Below are positions 33,135 through 43,018 of a DNA stretch of 64,000 nt, in pieces (positions within the stretch are counted from its first letter, which is position 1; each line of letters begins with the position of its first letter). The notes below the pieces were generated by a model. It worked only from the letters and a program-made list of their open reading frames with translations, was not told where the DNA came from and did no database searches. The stretch lies in the NCBI GenBank assembly GCA_963711755.1, contig CAVQFK010000003.1:2793-66792 (forward strand). Reading direction: 5' to 3'. The position numbers and the translations under genes are program-made. The stretch comes from an uncultured Actinomycetota bacterium (GTDB lineage Bacteria; Actinomycetota; Actinomycetes; Mycobacteriales; Mycobacteriaceae).

Positions 33135-33994
33135 CGCAGCCACCTCGCGGTGCGCCGCACCAGCGCATTGTAGGCCACCATCACCAGTGCGACGACGACG
33201 ATCATCTCGAGCGCCAGCGCGTAGGCGAACCCCGACTGGCCGAGCACCACCTCACTGGTGAGCGCGGACCTGATCAGCAGCGGCACGATCGGGCTGCCCT
33301 GGCTGACCAACGCGGCGGCGGTGGCGTAGGCGGCAAAGGCGTTGGCGAACAACAACAGTGCCGAGCCGAGGAATGCGGGCGTCAGCAACGGCAGGCCGAC
33401 CTCGCGCCAGTACTGCCATGTCGACGCGCCGAGGCTGACCGCAGCCTCGCGCCATTGCTCGCGCAGACCCTCGAGCGCGGGCACGAACACGATGACCATG
33501 AGCGGGATCTGGAAATAGGTGTAGACCAGGATCAGCCCGGTCAGGCTGTACAGCCAGCCCGAGCCCGCCAGGTTGAAGCCGAACGCCTGCTGAACCCACA
33601 GCGTCAGCACCCCGTTCAGGCCAACGGTGGCCAGGAACGCGAATGCCAGTGCGACGCCACCGAATTGGGCCAGCACGCTGCACAGCGAGATCACCGCACG
33701 GCGCACCATCGATGACGGCGGGCTACTCACGATCAGCCAGGCCAGCACCGCGCCGAGCAGTGCACCGAGGAGCGCCGTGATCCCCGAGAGCAGCACGCTC
33801 TTCCACAACGCGCTCAACGCTGTTTCCGAGAACAACGCACCGATTCGCGCGAACGAGAACACCCCGTCGACGTACACCGCGCTGACCAGGACCGTCACCG
33901 TGGGGACGATCAGGAAGATCACCACGACGGCGAAAAACGGCAACAGGGGCAACGCATCCCGGACCCAGTGGATCCGTCGGTTATTACCCGCCAT
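33131..33994 (-). CDS. ABC transporter permease
   Basis: YTYFQIPLM, EAAVSLGA EAA loop. Confidence 0.92.
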   Translation of the reverse strand: MAGNNRRIHWVRDALPLLPFFAVVVIFLIVPTVTVLVSAVYVDGVFSFARIGALFSETALSALWKSVLLSGITALLGALLGAVLAWLIVSSPPSSMVRRAVISLCSVLAQFGGVALAFAFLATVGLNGVLTLWVQQAFGFNLAGSGWLYSLTGLILVYTYFQIPLMVIVFVPALEGLREQWREAAVSLGASTWQYWREVGLPLLTPAFLGSALLLFANAFAAYATAAALVSQGSPIVPLLIRSALTSEVVLGQSGFAYALALEMIVVVALVMVAYNALVRRTARWLR

Positions 33995-34002
33995 TCGGGT
34001 CG

Positions 34003-35142
34003 TCAGCCGATCGCTTTGGCCCAGTTGCTCGCCAGATACTCGGAGGCCTTCTTGTTCTGCGTCTCGGACACGATCACCGGCTCGCCGCTGACCGGGGGCA
34101 ACGCATCCCATGCCGCCTTGTCGATGGTGCCTGCCTTCTGCATCGACTCCGCGCGCACCGGCCTGGCCCCGCCACCGAGGTACAGGTTCTGCCCCTCGTC
34201 GCTGTACAGGAACTCCTGCCACAGCCTGGCTGCCGCCGGGTGCGGCGCGTCTTTGTTGACCGCCTGGAAGTAGTAGCCCGCGACGGCGGGGCCTGGCGGA
34301 ACGACCACCGTCCACGTCGGCAGTTTCTTGGTCTCGGCGGCGTTGAGGTAATCCCAGTCGATGACGACCGGGGTCTGGCCGGACTCCACCGTTGCAGGCG
34401 TCGGGTCGACGGGAAGGAAGTTGCCTGCGTCCTTCAGTTTGGTGAAGAACTCGACACCTGGCGCGATGTCGTCGGCGGATCCGCCCTGCGACAGCGCGAT
34501 CATCATGACGCCGGAGAATGCCGCACCGGCCTGCGTCGGGTCACCGTTGAGCGCGACCTTGCCCTGGTATTCGGGCTTGAGCAGATCATTGACAGCGGCG
34601 ACCGGCGGCACCTTGGACGAATCGAAGCCGATGGACATGTAGCCGCCGTAATCGTTGACCCAGGTTCCTTCGGGATCCTTGAACTGGCTGGGGATGTCGT
34701 CGAACGTGGCCACCTTGTACGGCGCGAACATCGAGGTGTTGGCCAGCGCCACCGACTGGCCGAGGTCGAACACGTCCGGTGCGCTGCTCTTGCCCTTCTG
34801 CTGGGTGGCCGCGTTGATCTCATCCTGGCTGGCCGCGTCGGGCTGGGCCGAGTTGACCTTGATGTCGTACTTTTCGGAAAACGCCTTGATGATCTCGCCG
34901 TAGTTGGCCCAATCCGGCGGCAGCGCAATGACGTTCAGCTCGCCTTCCTTCTTGGCGGCCTCGACGAGACCCTCGATACCGCCGAAATCCGCTGCCGAGG
35001 TGGCCTCGCTGGCTTTCACGCCTGACTCGGTCGCCTCGCCGGCGTTCTCCTTCTCGGGTGGGGCGCATGCGACCAGTGCGGAAAGAAGAAGAACAGATGT
35101 GGCCGAGGCCAGCACCTTGGGCAGCTGCCGGGATTTCGTCAT
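34003..35142 (-). CDS. ABC transporter substrate-binding lipoprotein
   Basis: Lipobox LVAC; AAKKEGELNVIALPPDWANY; APHPAAARLW. Confidence 0.92.
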   Translation of the reverse strand: MTKSRQLPKVLASATSVLLLSALVACAPPEKENAGEATESGVKASEATSAADFGGIEGLVEAAKKEGELNVIALPPDWANYGEIIKAFSEKYDIKVNSAQPDAASQDEINAATQQKGKSSAPDVFDLGQSVALANTSMFAPYKVATFDDIPSQFKDPEGTWVNDYGGYMSIGFDSSKVPPVAAVNDLLKPEYQGKVALNGDPTQAGAAFSGVMMIALSQGGSADDIAPGVEFFTKLKDAGNFLPVDPTPATVESGQTPVVIDWDYLNAAETKKLPTWTVVVPPGPAVAGYYFQAVNKDAPHPAAARLWQEFLYSDEGQNLYLGGGARPVRAESMQKAGTIDKAAWDALPPVSGEPVIVSETQNKKASEYLASNWAKAIG

Positions 35143-35336
35143 TGCCGAACCTTCCGATGAAAAAGAGGCGGTGCGGTGGCGCAGCGGTTACGGCGCCGAG
35201 TCCCCGCGGTGAATGAATCCAACAAGGCGACCGAACCCTATCGTGGCGACGCAGATGGCGCAGGCGTTGAGCCCGACTCGCAGCCGGTATCCAGGCGGCC
35301 GCACATACGCCCTGGTACCGGCAGTAACATCGCTGT

Positions 35337-35933
35337 GTGGCTGAACGCGAAGCCCAGGGGGACTTCGACTACCTCTTCGACGATCCCGCCGATCCGGCGG
35401 ACATCGACGAGGTGACCGGCGATGCGCATGCGCCCGAAGGCCTCGACGACGACCAGTGGGACGAACCGGACGGCAACTTCTGGGACCGGGATGCGCAGCT
35501 GACCGACGACGGCCAGTTCGACGCGTTCAACACCAACACGTGGTACTTCCGCCCTGCCCCGACGCCCTGGTACCGCACCAAGCAGGCGATGACCGCGCTG
35601 ATCGCCGCCGCTGCGGCGATGGCCGCGATCGTGGTGTCGGTTGTGCTGCTGGCGTTCCGTGCTCCCGACAACTCCGATGACGCGACCACCACCACGGTGA
35701 CCCCGACCGCGCCGACCAGCGCCCCGCGCGCCACGGCGTCCAGCGAGGCGCCGCCACCGCCGCCCCCGCCACCGCCGGAGACGTCGGCCGCTTCGGTCAA
35801 CCCCGCCCAGGAGGGCAACTATCCGAGGACGCGCCAACGGGAGACCAAGGCGCCGGAGATCGGGGTGACCCGTACGCCGGTCACCCGGTCACCGATCAGC
35901 GTGGCACCCCAGCCTCGGCAGCCGCGCAATTAG
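35337..35933 (+). CDS. Single-TM protein with an acidic N-terminus and Pro/Thr-rich C-terminus
   Basis: Acidic head, PAPTPWYRT then TM, poly-Pro tail. Confidence 0.7.
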   Translation: MAEREAQGDFDYLFDDPADPADIDEVTGDAHAPEGLDDDQWDEPDGNFWDRDAQLTDDGQFDAFNTNTWYFRPAPTPWYRTKQAMTALIAAAAAMAAIVVSVVLLAFRAPDNSDDATTTTVTPTAPTSAPRATASSEAPPPPPPPPPETSAASVNPAQEGNYPRTRQRETKAPEIGVTRTPVTRSPISVAPQPRQPRN

Positions 35934-36523
35934 GCGGCGTACTCGTCGGCCCACAGCTCGTCGATCGCGCGCAGTGCACCGGTGAGACTCTCGGCGGCCA
36001 GCGGCCGCAGGTCGGCCATCGCGGGATTGACGTCGGCCATGGTGAGTTCGGCGGTGATGATCCGCGGCGCCAGGCCCGTGAGCGAGACGGAGTGGGGCAG
36101 CCATGCCTGTGCGTGGTCCCAGCCTTCCCTCGGGGTACCTGGGCCGTATCCGCCACCGCGGCTGGACAGCGCGATGAAGTCGGTGTCACCCAGCAGGCCT
36201 TCGCCGGTTTCGGCGTCGATCGACAGGCCCTTCGCCACGATGTGGTCGACCCACGCCTTGACGGTGCTCGGCGGGCCGAAGTTGTACAGCGGAAGGCCGA
36301 GCAGGATCGTGTCGGCACGCTGAATCTCGGCGATCAGCTTGACGCTCAGCGCAGCACCGGTTTCGGGCGTGAAGTGCGGAATCGGGTCGGCGGCGAGGTC
36401 ACGGTAGGTGACGGTGCCGTCGGGGTGAGCGGCGCGCCAGCGCTCGGCGGCGCGGGCGGTCAGGCGCCGGCTCACCGACTGGTCGCCATTTACCGAGGAG
36501 TCGATGTGGAGCAGGTGTGCCAT
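35930..36523 (-). CDS. azoR: FMN-dependent NADH-azoreductase
   Basis: LLHIDSS, SVSRRL, PLYNFGPPSTVKAWVD, SRGGGY. Confidence 0.9.
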   Translation of the reverse strand: MAHLLHIDSSVNGDQSVSRRLTARAAERWRAAHPDGTVTYRDLAADPIPHFTPETGAALSVKLIAEIQRADTILLGLPLYNFGPPSTVKAWVDHIVAKGLSIDAETGEGLLGDTDFIALSSRGGGYGPGTPREGWDHAQAWLPHSVSLTGLAPRIITAELTMADVNPAMADLRPLAAESLTGALRAIDELWADEYAA

Positions 36524-36535
36524 CAGTAGTCCTCC

Positions 36536-36566
36536 ATAGATAGTTGGTGATATGCAAACTATCTAT
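36536..36566. promoter_or_regulatory. MarR operator between divergent azoR and marR
   Basis: Perfect 10-bp inverted repeat ATAGATAGTT-N11-AACTATCTAT. Confidence 0.75.
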
Positions 36567-36606
36567 ACCAGATTGATCGTCTGTGTATTCCCGTAGGCTG
36601 GCAAAC

Positions 36607-37080
36607 GTGGACCTATCTGCGCCGTTGCTCGTGCACCTGGCGCGGCGCATGCAGACCGACGCGGATGCCGAGCTCGTGTCGTCGGGGCTGCGCGCGCGCC
36701 ACGTCATCGCGCTGACGCTGCTCCGGGACCACGGCGAACAGAACCAGTCCGACCTGGCCGCGACGCTCGGGCTGGATCCCACCAACGTGGTGGCGCTGCT
36801 CAATGAGCTGGAGGCCGACGAACTCATCGAACGACGCCGCTCGCCTGCGGACCGGCGCCGCCACACCGTGTCATTGACCGCCGCGGGTCTGAGCCGGCTG
36901 ACCGAAGCCGAGCATCTCCTTGCCGACGTCGAGCGGCGGGTGCTCTCGTCGCTGAGCGCGGACGAGCAGGCGACCTTCTACAAGCTGCTTGCCCGAGCGA
37001 CGACAAGCCCGACATGCAGCGAGGCGATCGAAACGTCGCGCCTCTGCATGGAGGCCGAGGCGGGGAATACCCTGGAGTGA
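36607..37080 (+). CDS. MarR family regulator
   Basis: [23 protein letters not shown]...[16 protein letters not shown]; start 36583 or 36607. Confidence 0.92.
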   Translation: MDLSAPLLVHLARRMQTDADAELVSSGLRARHVIALTLLRDHGEQNQSDLAATLGLDPTNVVALLNELEADELIERRRSPADRRRHTVSLTAAGLSRLTEAEHLLADVERRVLSSLSADEQATFYKLLARATTSPTCSEAIETSRLCMEAEAGNTLE

Positions 37081-37487
37081 TGGCCGAATTCGACGCCGCG
37101 GCCATGTTCGCGGAATCTCGGGTGGCAATGCTGGCCACGTCCGGTCCAGACGGTGTGCCGCATATCGTGCCGGTCGTCTTCGCGGTGCACGACGACATGG
37201 TGTACACCGCCGTCGATGCCAAACGTAAGTCGACGAAGCGACTGCGCAGGCTGGCCAACATCGAAGCCAACCCACAGGTGAGCCTCCTGGTCGACCACTA
37301 TGAGGACGACTGGGATGCGTTGTGGTGGGTGCGCGCCGATGGCCTCGCCGCGATCCATTACAGCGGCGACCAGATGGCCGCCGGCTACTCGCTGCTGCGC
37401 CGTAAATACGTTCAGTACCAACGGATTGCGCTGGACGGCCCCGTCGTCACCATCGACGTGCAACGGTGGTCGTCATGGCAGGCGTGA
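37080..37487 (+). CDS. F420-dependent PPOX-class oxidoreductase (Rv0121c-like)
   Basis: [48 protein letters not shown]. Confidence 0.9.
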   Translation: MAEFDAAAMFAESRVAMLATSGPDGVPHIVPVVFAVHDDMVYTAVDAKRKSTKRLRRLANIEANPQVSLLVDHYEDDWDALWWVRADGLAAIHYSGDQMAAGYSLLRRKYVQYQRIALDGPVVTIDVQRWSSWQA

Positions 37488-38257
37488 ACGACGGCTCGTC
37501 ACGGCAGCAGCCGCTGCTGGTGCTTGGCAAGATCACCGAGATTCTCGACGCGTTCACCCTCTCGCGGCCGTCGATGACGCTCGGTGAGATCGGCCAGGCC
37601 ACGGGCCTGCCGACGTCCACGGTGCAGCGGCTGGTGAGCAACATGGTGGCTCAGCGACTGCTGGACAGGGTCGGCGATCAGATCCGCATCGGCGCCAGAA
37701 TGGCCTATTGGGCGGCGACCGCCGTCAAGGATCTCGACGTGCTTGCGGTGATCAACCCTGTACTCAAGGAGATTCGCGACAAGACCGGGGAGACCGCCTG
37801 CTTCTTCAAGGTGGAGCAGACGTTCCGGGTGTGCGTCGCGATCGCCGAGACACACCACGCCCTGCGCCGAGACATGTACGTGGGCAAAGTGATTCCGCTG
37901 CACGCCGGATCGGCGTCCCGGGTACTGCTGGCATGGAACCCTGATCTGGCCGAGCGAATTCTCGCGTCACCGCTCGAGCCGTTGACCGACGGCACGGTCA
38001 CCAGTCCCGACGAGCTGCGCACGGTGGTCGCACAGGCCAGGGCCGACGGCTACGCGATCACCGCTGGCGAGCGTGAGGATTCGGCGTCGGGGCTGTCAGC
38101 GCCCGTATTCGATTCTGCCGCAGACATCGTCGGCGCGATCACGATCAGCGGTCCGACCATCAGGATGCCGCTTGCGCAGTGTGAGGCGTGGGTGGATCTG
38201 CTCGTCGGCTACGCGGAACAGGTCACCCGCACCATCGGCGGGCGAATACCGCACTAG
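37484..38257 (+). CDS. IclR family regulator
   Basis: [47 protein letters not shown]. Confidence 0.93.
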   Translation: MNDGSSRQQPLLVLGKITEILDAFTLSRPSMTLGEIGQATGLPTSTVQRLVSNMVAQRLLDRVGDQIRIGARMAYWAATAVKDLDVLAVINPVLKEIRDKTGETACFFKVEQTFRVCVAIAETHHALRRDMYVGKVIPLHAGSASRVLLAWNPDLAERILASPLEPLTDGTVTSPDELRTVVAQARADGYAITAGEREDSASGLSAPVFDSAADIVGAITISGPTIRMPLAQCEAWVDLLVGYAEQVTRTIGGRIPH

Positions 38258-39162
38258 TCGCTGATCACCCAGTCGAAGGCCGTGGCCTTGGACCGCGCGC
38301 CCTGCACGGTTCGTGACCGATTCGGCTCGCCGAGTTCGGCGAGCATCTTCTCGGTGACGTCCACCATCGAGGCCAGCGTGCTCGGACTGAACCAGTCCGG
38401 CCTCGTCGCGAACAGCAGATCCTCGCTGGACGTGTTGCCGCTGGCGCCCGGCGCGAACGGGCAGCCGCCAAGTCCGCCGAGCGAACCGTCGACCATGGCT
38501 GCACCGGCGTCGATGGCGGCAAGGCTGTTGGCCACCCCCATCCCCCACGTGTCGTGACCGTGAAAAACGATGCGGCGCTGCGGTGTCCGCGTCGCGATGG
38601 CGGTGACCAAATCGGACACCTGGGTGGGGATGGCCTGACCGATGGTGTCACAGACCACGATGTCGTCGGCACCGTCGGTGCGCGGGTCGTTGGCGATACC
38701 GAGCACCCGCTCGGGGTCGGTGAGCCCCTCGAACGGACAGGTGAACGCGGTGGCGATGCACAGCTGTATCGAGCCGCCCACCTCCCGTGCGATCTGGATG
38801 GCGTCGGGCATCGCGGCCACGCTGTCCTCTGCGGTGCGCCCGATGTTGGCCTTGTTGTGCGAATCCGATGCGGACAAGCAGTACTGGAAGTGGCGGGCGC
38901 CTGCGGCTGCGGCCTTCTCGACGTGGCGCGGCGTGGCCACCCAGATCCAGCACCGGTCGAGTTCGGCAGGTGTCAGTGCCTCGATCACGTCGAGGGTGTC
39001 GGCGAGCGGAGGGACGAGGTCTCCACGGGCCATCGAGCCGGCTTCGAGCGCAGGGACGCCGAGCGCCAACAGTTTTCGTGCGATCTCGACCTTGCGTTCG
39101 GTTGGCATCAGCTTGGCCGTCAGCTGAAGGCCGTCGCGCAGTGTGACGTCGCGCAGAATCAT
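38254..39162 (-). CDS. Hydroxymethylglutaryl-CoA lyase family protein
   Basis: DVTLRDGLQ, CDTIG, HGHDTWG, GGLGGCPFAPGASGN. Confidence 0.92.
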   Translation of the reverse strand: MILRDVTLRDGLQLTAKLMPTERKVEIARKLLALGVPALEAGSMARGDLVPPLADTLDVIEALTPAELDRCWIWVATPRHVEKAAAAGARHFQYCLSASDSHNKANIGRTAEDSVAAMPDAIQIAREVGGSIQLCIATAFTCPFEGLTDPERVLGIANDPRTDGADDIVVCDTIGQAIPTQVSDLVTAIATRTPQRRIVFHGHDTWGMGVANSLAAIDAGAAMVDGSLGGLGGCPFAPGASGNTSSEDLLFATRPDWFSPSTLASMVDVTEKMLAELGEPNRSRTVQGARSKATAFDWVISD

Positions 39163-40379
39163 GCCACCTCTCCAATCTGGTCGTCGCTCATGCCAAGGAC
39201 CGACCTCAGCACTTCGGCGGTGTGCTCCCCCAGGTCGGGTCCGACATTGCGGATCGGCAGGGACTCCCCGCCGATCACGGGGACGATGCCGGGGAACCCA
39301 ACCGTCTGTGGCTCTGCACCGCCGGTGTCAACGTCGAAGTGCTGGACCATGTTTCGGGCGGCATACTGCTCGTCGGCGCAGATGTCGGCCGCGGTGTAGA
39401 TAGGCCCGCTCGGCACGCCGGCCGCGTCGAGGATCTTCAGCGCCTCGTCGCGGTCGTGCTGAATCGACCATTCCCCGATCGCCGCGTCGAGCTCGTCGCG
39501 GCGCCGCCAGCGCCCTGCGTTGGTCTGCAGTTCGGGATCTGCGCCGAGGTCGGGCCTGCCGATCGTGGCCATGTAGCGCTGGAAGATCGCGTCGCCGTTA
39601 CCCGCGACGATGATGCTGGTGCCGTCGGCACACGGGTAGGCGTTGCTCGGCGCGATCCCCTCCATCCGGCCGCCGAGGCGCTCGCGGCTGACCCCGTAGG
39701 CGAGATAGTCGGGCACCAGCGACTCCATCACCGAAAGCACCGACTCGTTGAGCGCGACGTCGATAACACGCTGCGCGATCGGCACTTTCGTGCGTTCACG
39801 TTGGAACAAGGCCATCATGGTGCCGAATGCGGCGTAGATGCCCGCGATCGAGTCGCCGATCGAAACGCCAACCCGTACCGGAGGCCGGTCGGGGTCGCCT
39901 ACCAGTTCGCGCAGGCCGCCGAACGCCTCGGCGACGGCGGCGAATCCGGGACGCTGCGCCATCGGCCCGGTCTGCCCGAACCCGGAGATGCGGGTGATGA
40001 CGAGGCCGGGGTTGACGCCGTCGAGCACCTCGGGCCCAAGGCCCCACTTCTCGAGCGTGCCCGGCCGGAAGTTCTCTAGCAGCACGTCGCAATGCCGCAG
40101 CAGGTCGAGCACGATCCCGCGACCGCGCTCCGTTTTCAGGTCGAGCACGATGGACTTCTTGTTGCGGTTGATCGTGCGGTACAGCATCGACGTATCGCCG
40201 TCGTAGAGCCGCCAGTTGCGCAGCTCGTCGCCGGTGACGGGCCGCTCGACCTTGATCACCTCGGCGCCGAAGTCGGCGAGCATCCGGCCCGCGGTGGGGG
40301 CGGCGATGTAGTTGCCGAGTTCCAGTACCCGGATGCCTGCGAGTGGCCGAATGGTGTTGTCGTTCACGGGTTTCCTCAT
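39159..40379 (-). CDS. CaiB/BaiF family III CoA transferase
   Basis: PLAGIRVLE, GAEVIKVERP, NRNKKS, ENFRPG, SGFGQTGP. Confidence 0.93.
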   Translation of the reverse strand: MRKPVNDNTIRPLAGIRVLELGNYIAAPTAGRMLADFGAEVIKVERPVTGDELRNWRLYDGDTSMLYRTINRNKKSIVLDLKTERGRGIVLDLLRHCDVLLENFRPGTLEKWGLGPEVLDGVNPGLVITRISGFGQTGPMAQRPGFAAVAEAFGGLRELVGDPDRPPVRVGVSIGDSIAGIYAAFGTMMALFQRERTKVPIAQRVIDVALNESVLSVMESLVPDYLAYGVSRERLGGRMEGIAPSNAYPCADGTSIIVAGNGDAIFQRYMATIGRPDLGADPELQTNAGRWRRRDELDAAIGEWSIQHDRDEALKILDAAGVPSGPIYTAADICADEQYAARNMVQHFDVDTGGAEPQTVGFPGIVPVIGGESLPIRNVGPDLGEHTAEVLRSVLGMSDDQIGEVA

Positions 40380-40383
40380 TAGA

Positions 40384-41778
40384 TCAGAGCAGCGCGCTCA
40401 TCGGCAGGATGAGCAGAATGGCCACCACGGACGCCACGGACACACCGACCGTGACGGTCTTCAACGTGCCGCGGGTCGATTGGCCAAGCAGGGACTGCAG
40501 TAGCCAGAAGGTATTGCTGGTGACGTGCACGGCGAACAGCGAGCCCGCGCCCGCGGCCAGCGCGATCAACACCGGATCGAGGCCGATCAGCGGTGCGACG
40601 GGCGCGAGGATGCCCGCCGAGGTGATCGCGGAGATGGTCACCGAGCCGACCGCGATGTGCAGCACGGCGGCGATCGCCCAGACCATCAGCAGCGGCGCCG
40701 CGGTGCTGGCGGTGAAGTACTCGCCGAGGATGTCGCCGAGACCGGTGGCCTTAATGGTGGCTGCCAGTGAACCGCCGACGCCGGTGAGGATCAGGATCTG
40801 CCCGCTCTCCTTGAAGCCGGTGGCGATCGCATGCTGGATCGCCTGCGCGCCAAGCGCATAGCGGCCGACGAAACTCGTTCCCACCAAACCGATCAGCAGC
40901 GCAATCACCGGCGACGATACGAACTTCACGATCGGGTTGTCGATCTCGGCCGCATCGAGGATCGCGCCGGTGGCGATCAGCGCCAGCGAGGTGAGTAGCG
41001 GTGCGAACAGCAGGAGCAGCGGCGTCTTGACGCGGGTCGGGGTGGTGGCGACCTTCGTCGCGACACCGCCACCGCCGGAGGCATCGGATTCCTTGTCGGT
41101 CTCGTCGAGCAGTTCGGGGTCCGCACCGAGGAACTCCTGCTCGTCGCGCTCCTCGTTCCACCATCCGTGGTTGAACAGGAAGGACATGATCGCCACCGAG
41201 ATGGCCACGGTGGGGATCACCAGCAGCACACCGAACAGCAGCATCTTGCCGAGCGGCACGCCGAGCAGGCCGGCCAGTGCCAGCGCGCCGACGCCGGGGA
41301 CGGTCAGCACGATGCCGCACTCGAGGCCGATCGCCATGGCCGCGGCCATCCGGCCGACGCCGTTGCGGCCGATCTTCTTGGCAAGGGTGCGGGCCAGCGG
41401 AGCGGAGATGACGAGCAGTACGTCGAGGAAGATCGACTGAAGGAAGGTGGCGATGGTCAGCGACATCGCATAGGGCATGCGCTTGGCGCCGAAGACCTTC
41501 AGCAGCGTCTCGACCAACCGCTGAATGGCCCCGGTCTGCTGCAGTATCGCGCCCATCAACACGCCGAACGCGATGAGCAGGCCGACCTCGGCCATGATTT
41601 CGCCGAAGCCGGTGGTGATGGATTCGATGGTCTTCTCCACGCCCAGCCCGGTGGCCAGGCCCAGGTACGCCGAGCCGATGACGAGCGATACCACCGGGTT
41701 GAACTTGAACCGCACGATCATCACGACGACGGCGAGGATGGCCACCGCGGTGTTGGCGATGATTCCGATCTCTGACAT
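40384..41778 (-). CDS. GntP family permease
   Basis: KFNPVVSL, GFG, GSVTISAITSAGI, HVTSNTFW. Confidence 0.88.
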   Translation of the reverse strand: MSEIGIIANTAVAILAVVVMIVRFKFNPVVSLVIGSAYLGLATGLGVEKTIESITTGFGEIMAEVGLLIAFGVLMGAILQQTGAIQRLVETLLKVFGAKRMPYAMSLTIATFLQSIFLDVLLVISAPLARTLAKKIGRNGVGRMAAAMAIGLECGIVLTVPGVGALALAGLLGVPLGKMLLFGVLLVIPTVAISVAIMSFLFNHGWWNEERDEQEFLGADPELLDETDKESDASGGGGVATKVATTPTRVKTPLLLLFAPLLTSLALIATGAILDAAEIDNPIVKFVSSPVIALLIGLVGTSFVGRYALGAQAIQHAIATGFKESGQILILTGVGGSLAATIKATGLGDILGEYFTASTAAPLLMVWAIAAVLHIAVGSVTISAITSAGILAPVAPLIGLDPVLIALAAGAGSLFAVHVTSNTFWLLQSLLGQSTRGTLKTVTVGVSVASVVAILLILPMSALL

Positions 41779-41824
41779 AGGCCTGATCCGTTTCGCAGGG
41801 GTGTGACGCCGGACACGTCATCTA

Positions 41825-41837
41825 CTCACATTATGAG
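41825..41837. promoter_or_regulatory. Putative IclR operator
   Basis: CTCA-catta-TGAG palindrome upstream of the GntP operon. Confidence 0.45.
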
Positions 41838-41881
41838 CATGCACCCGCGATGTAAGTCAAGCCTGCGATGCTTTAACCACG

Positions 41882-42250
41882 TCAGCCCGCGGCGGGCACC
41901 TTGTCGAGGAAGCCCAGCACCGTCCGGATCCTGCCGTCGTCATCGGTCACCGCGACGTCGAACCCGACGATCGGCGCTGGCGCGCCTGCGGGCCCGAGCT
42001 CCCAACCGAACCGGGCCTGGTTGTGATGACCGTCGACCGGACCGGCCAACGTGAACACGAAGCCCGGGAACTGTTCCTGCGCGGCACCGATCATCGACGC
42101 GATCGCCTCACGGCCTTCGGCGACGGCCAGCGGGTCCACGTAGCGGGCGTCCTCGGTATAGAGCTCATCGACGGCCGCGCGGCGGGCGGCCGCGTCGGTC
42201 TGGTTCCAGGCGTCGATGTAGCGCTGTGCGATTTTTGCGTAATCGGTCAT
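41882..42250 (-). CDS. SnoaL-like/NTF2 family protein
   Basis: RYIDAWN, YVDP..GREAI, DGHH..ARFGWELG, G.I..VLGFLD. Confidence 0.88.
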   Translation of the reverse strand: MTDYAKIAQRYIDAWNQTDAAARRAAVDELYTEDARYVDPLAVAEGREAIASMIGAAQEQFPGFVFTLAGPVDGHHNQARFGWELGPAGAPAPIVGFDVAVTDDDGRIRTVLGFLDKVPAAG

Positions 42251-42285
42251 GGCACCACCCTCACCGGACGTCGGGCCGCTGTCGA

Positions 42286-42897
42286 TTACATTTGGGGTAA
42301 GCGCAACGTCACGTGCACCACGTGCTCGGTCGACCTGACGCCGGCGTAGTCGAATGTCAGCCCGTGCACGCCGTCGAAGACGCGCTCACCCGCGCCGAGC
42401 ACGATCGGCACGATGTGCAGCCGCAGTTCCTCCACCGCGCCGAGCGCGAGGTACTGGTTCAGGGTGGTCGCCCCGCCCGCGATCGAAATCCGGGAATCGC
42501 CCGCCGCTTCCTTCGCCGCAGCCAGCGCCGCCTCGGGCCCTTCGGTCACGAAAATGAATGTCGTGCCACCGTCCATCTCGATCGGATCGTGGGGATAGTG
42601 GGTGAGCACGAACGTCGGCGCGCGGTACGGCGGCTCCGGCCCCCACCACCCTTTCCATTCGCGATCCCATTCCCCTCGGACGGGCCCGAACATGTTGCGC
42701 CCCATGATGTAGGCGCCCGCCCCGAGGATCGCGTCGACCTCGGCGCGGCTCTGGTCGCCGTGTTCGAACATCCACGTGCTTATCTTGTCGTGCAGCAGCT
42801 CACCCTCGCCTTCGCCGAATGGCTGCTCCTCCGACTGGTTCGGGCCGGCCGCGTAGCCGTCGAGCGATACTGCGATGTCTGCGGTGACTGTGGTCAT
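42286..42897 (-). CDS. Dihydrofolate reductase/RibD C-terminal family protein
   Basis: SLDGY.AG, MGRNMF, FVLTH, IAGGA, VPIVLG.G. Confidence 0.9.
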   Translation of the reverse strand: MTTVTADIAVSLDGYAAGPNQSEEQPFGEGEGELLHDKISTWMFEHGDQSRAEVDAILGAGAYIMGRNMFGPVRGEWDREWKGWWGPEPPYRAPTFVLTHYPHDPIEMDGGTTFIFVTEGPEAALAAAKEAAGDSRISIAGGATTLNQYLALGAVEELRLHIVPIVLGAGERVFDGVHGLTFDYAGVRSTEHVVHVTLRLPQM

Positions 42898-42902
42898 GTA
42901 CC

Positions 42903-42933
42903 TACAGACCGCATCCGCGGCCGAAACTCATCG
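42903..42933 (-). promoter_or_regulatory. SigG-type (ECF56) promoter, leaderless
   Basis: CGATGA-N18-GTCTGTA, then 5 nt to the ATG; matches the recalled SigG consensus CGATGA-N18-GTCNNTA. Confidence 0.7.
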
Positions 42934-43018
42934 AATCCCTTGTGCTCGGAGTCGGTTCGGAGAATTGTGGATTAACAGCAGCAGTGGGCGGCAAGGTCGC
43001 CGCTCAGAAGGGAACGTC

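Noticed and set aside
31246-33168. 640-aa apparent fusion ORF of the ABC ATPase
   Set aside because: The upstream part is an off-frame read through the permease; the real start is ATG 32301 overlapping the permease stop.
42966-42974. DnaA-box-like TGTGGATTA upstream of fusA2
   Set aside because: A single imperfect 9-mer that could occur by chance; no cluster or origin features.
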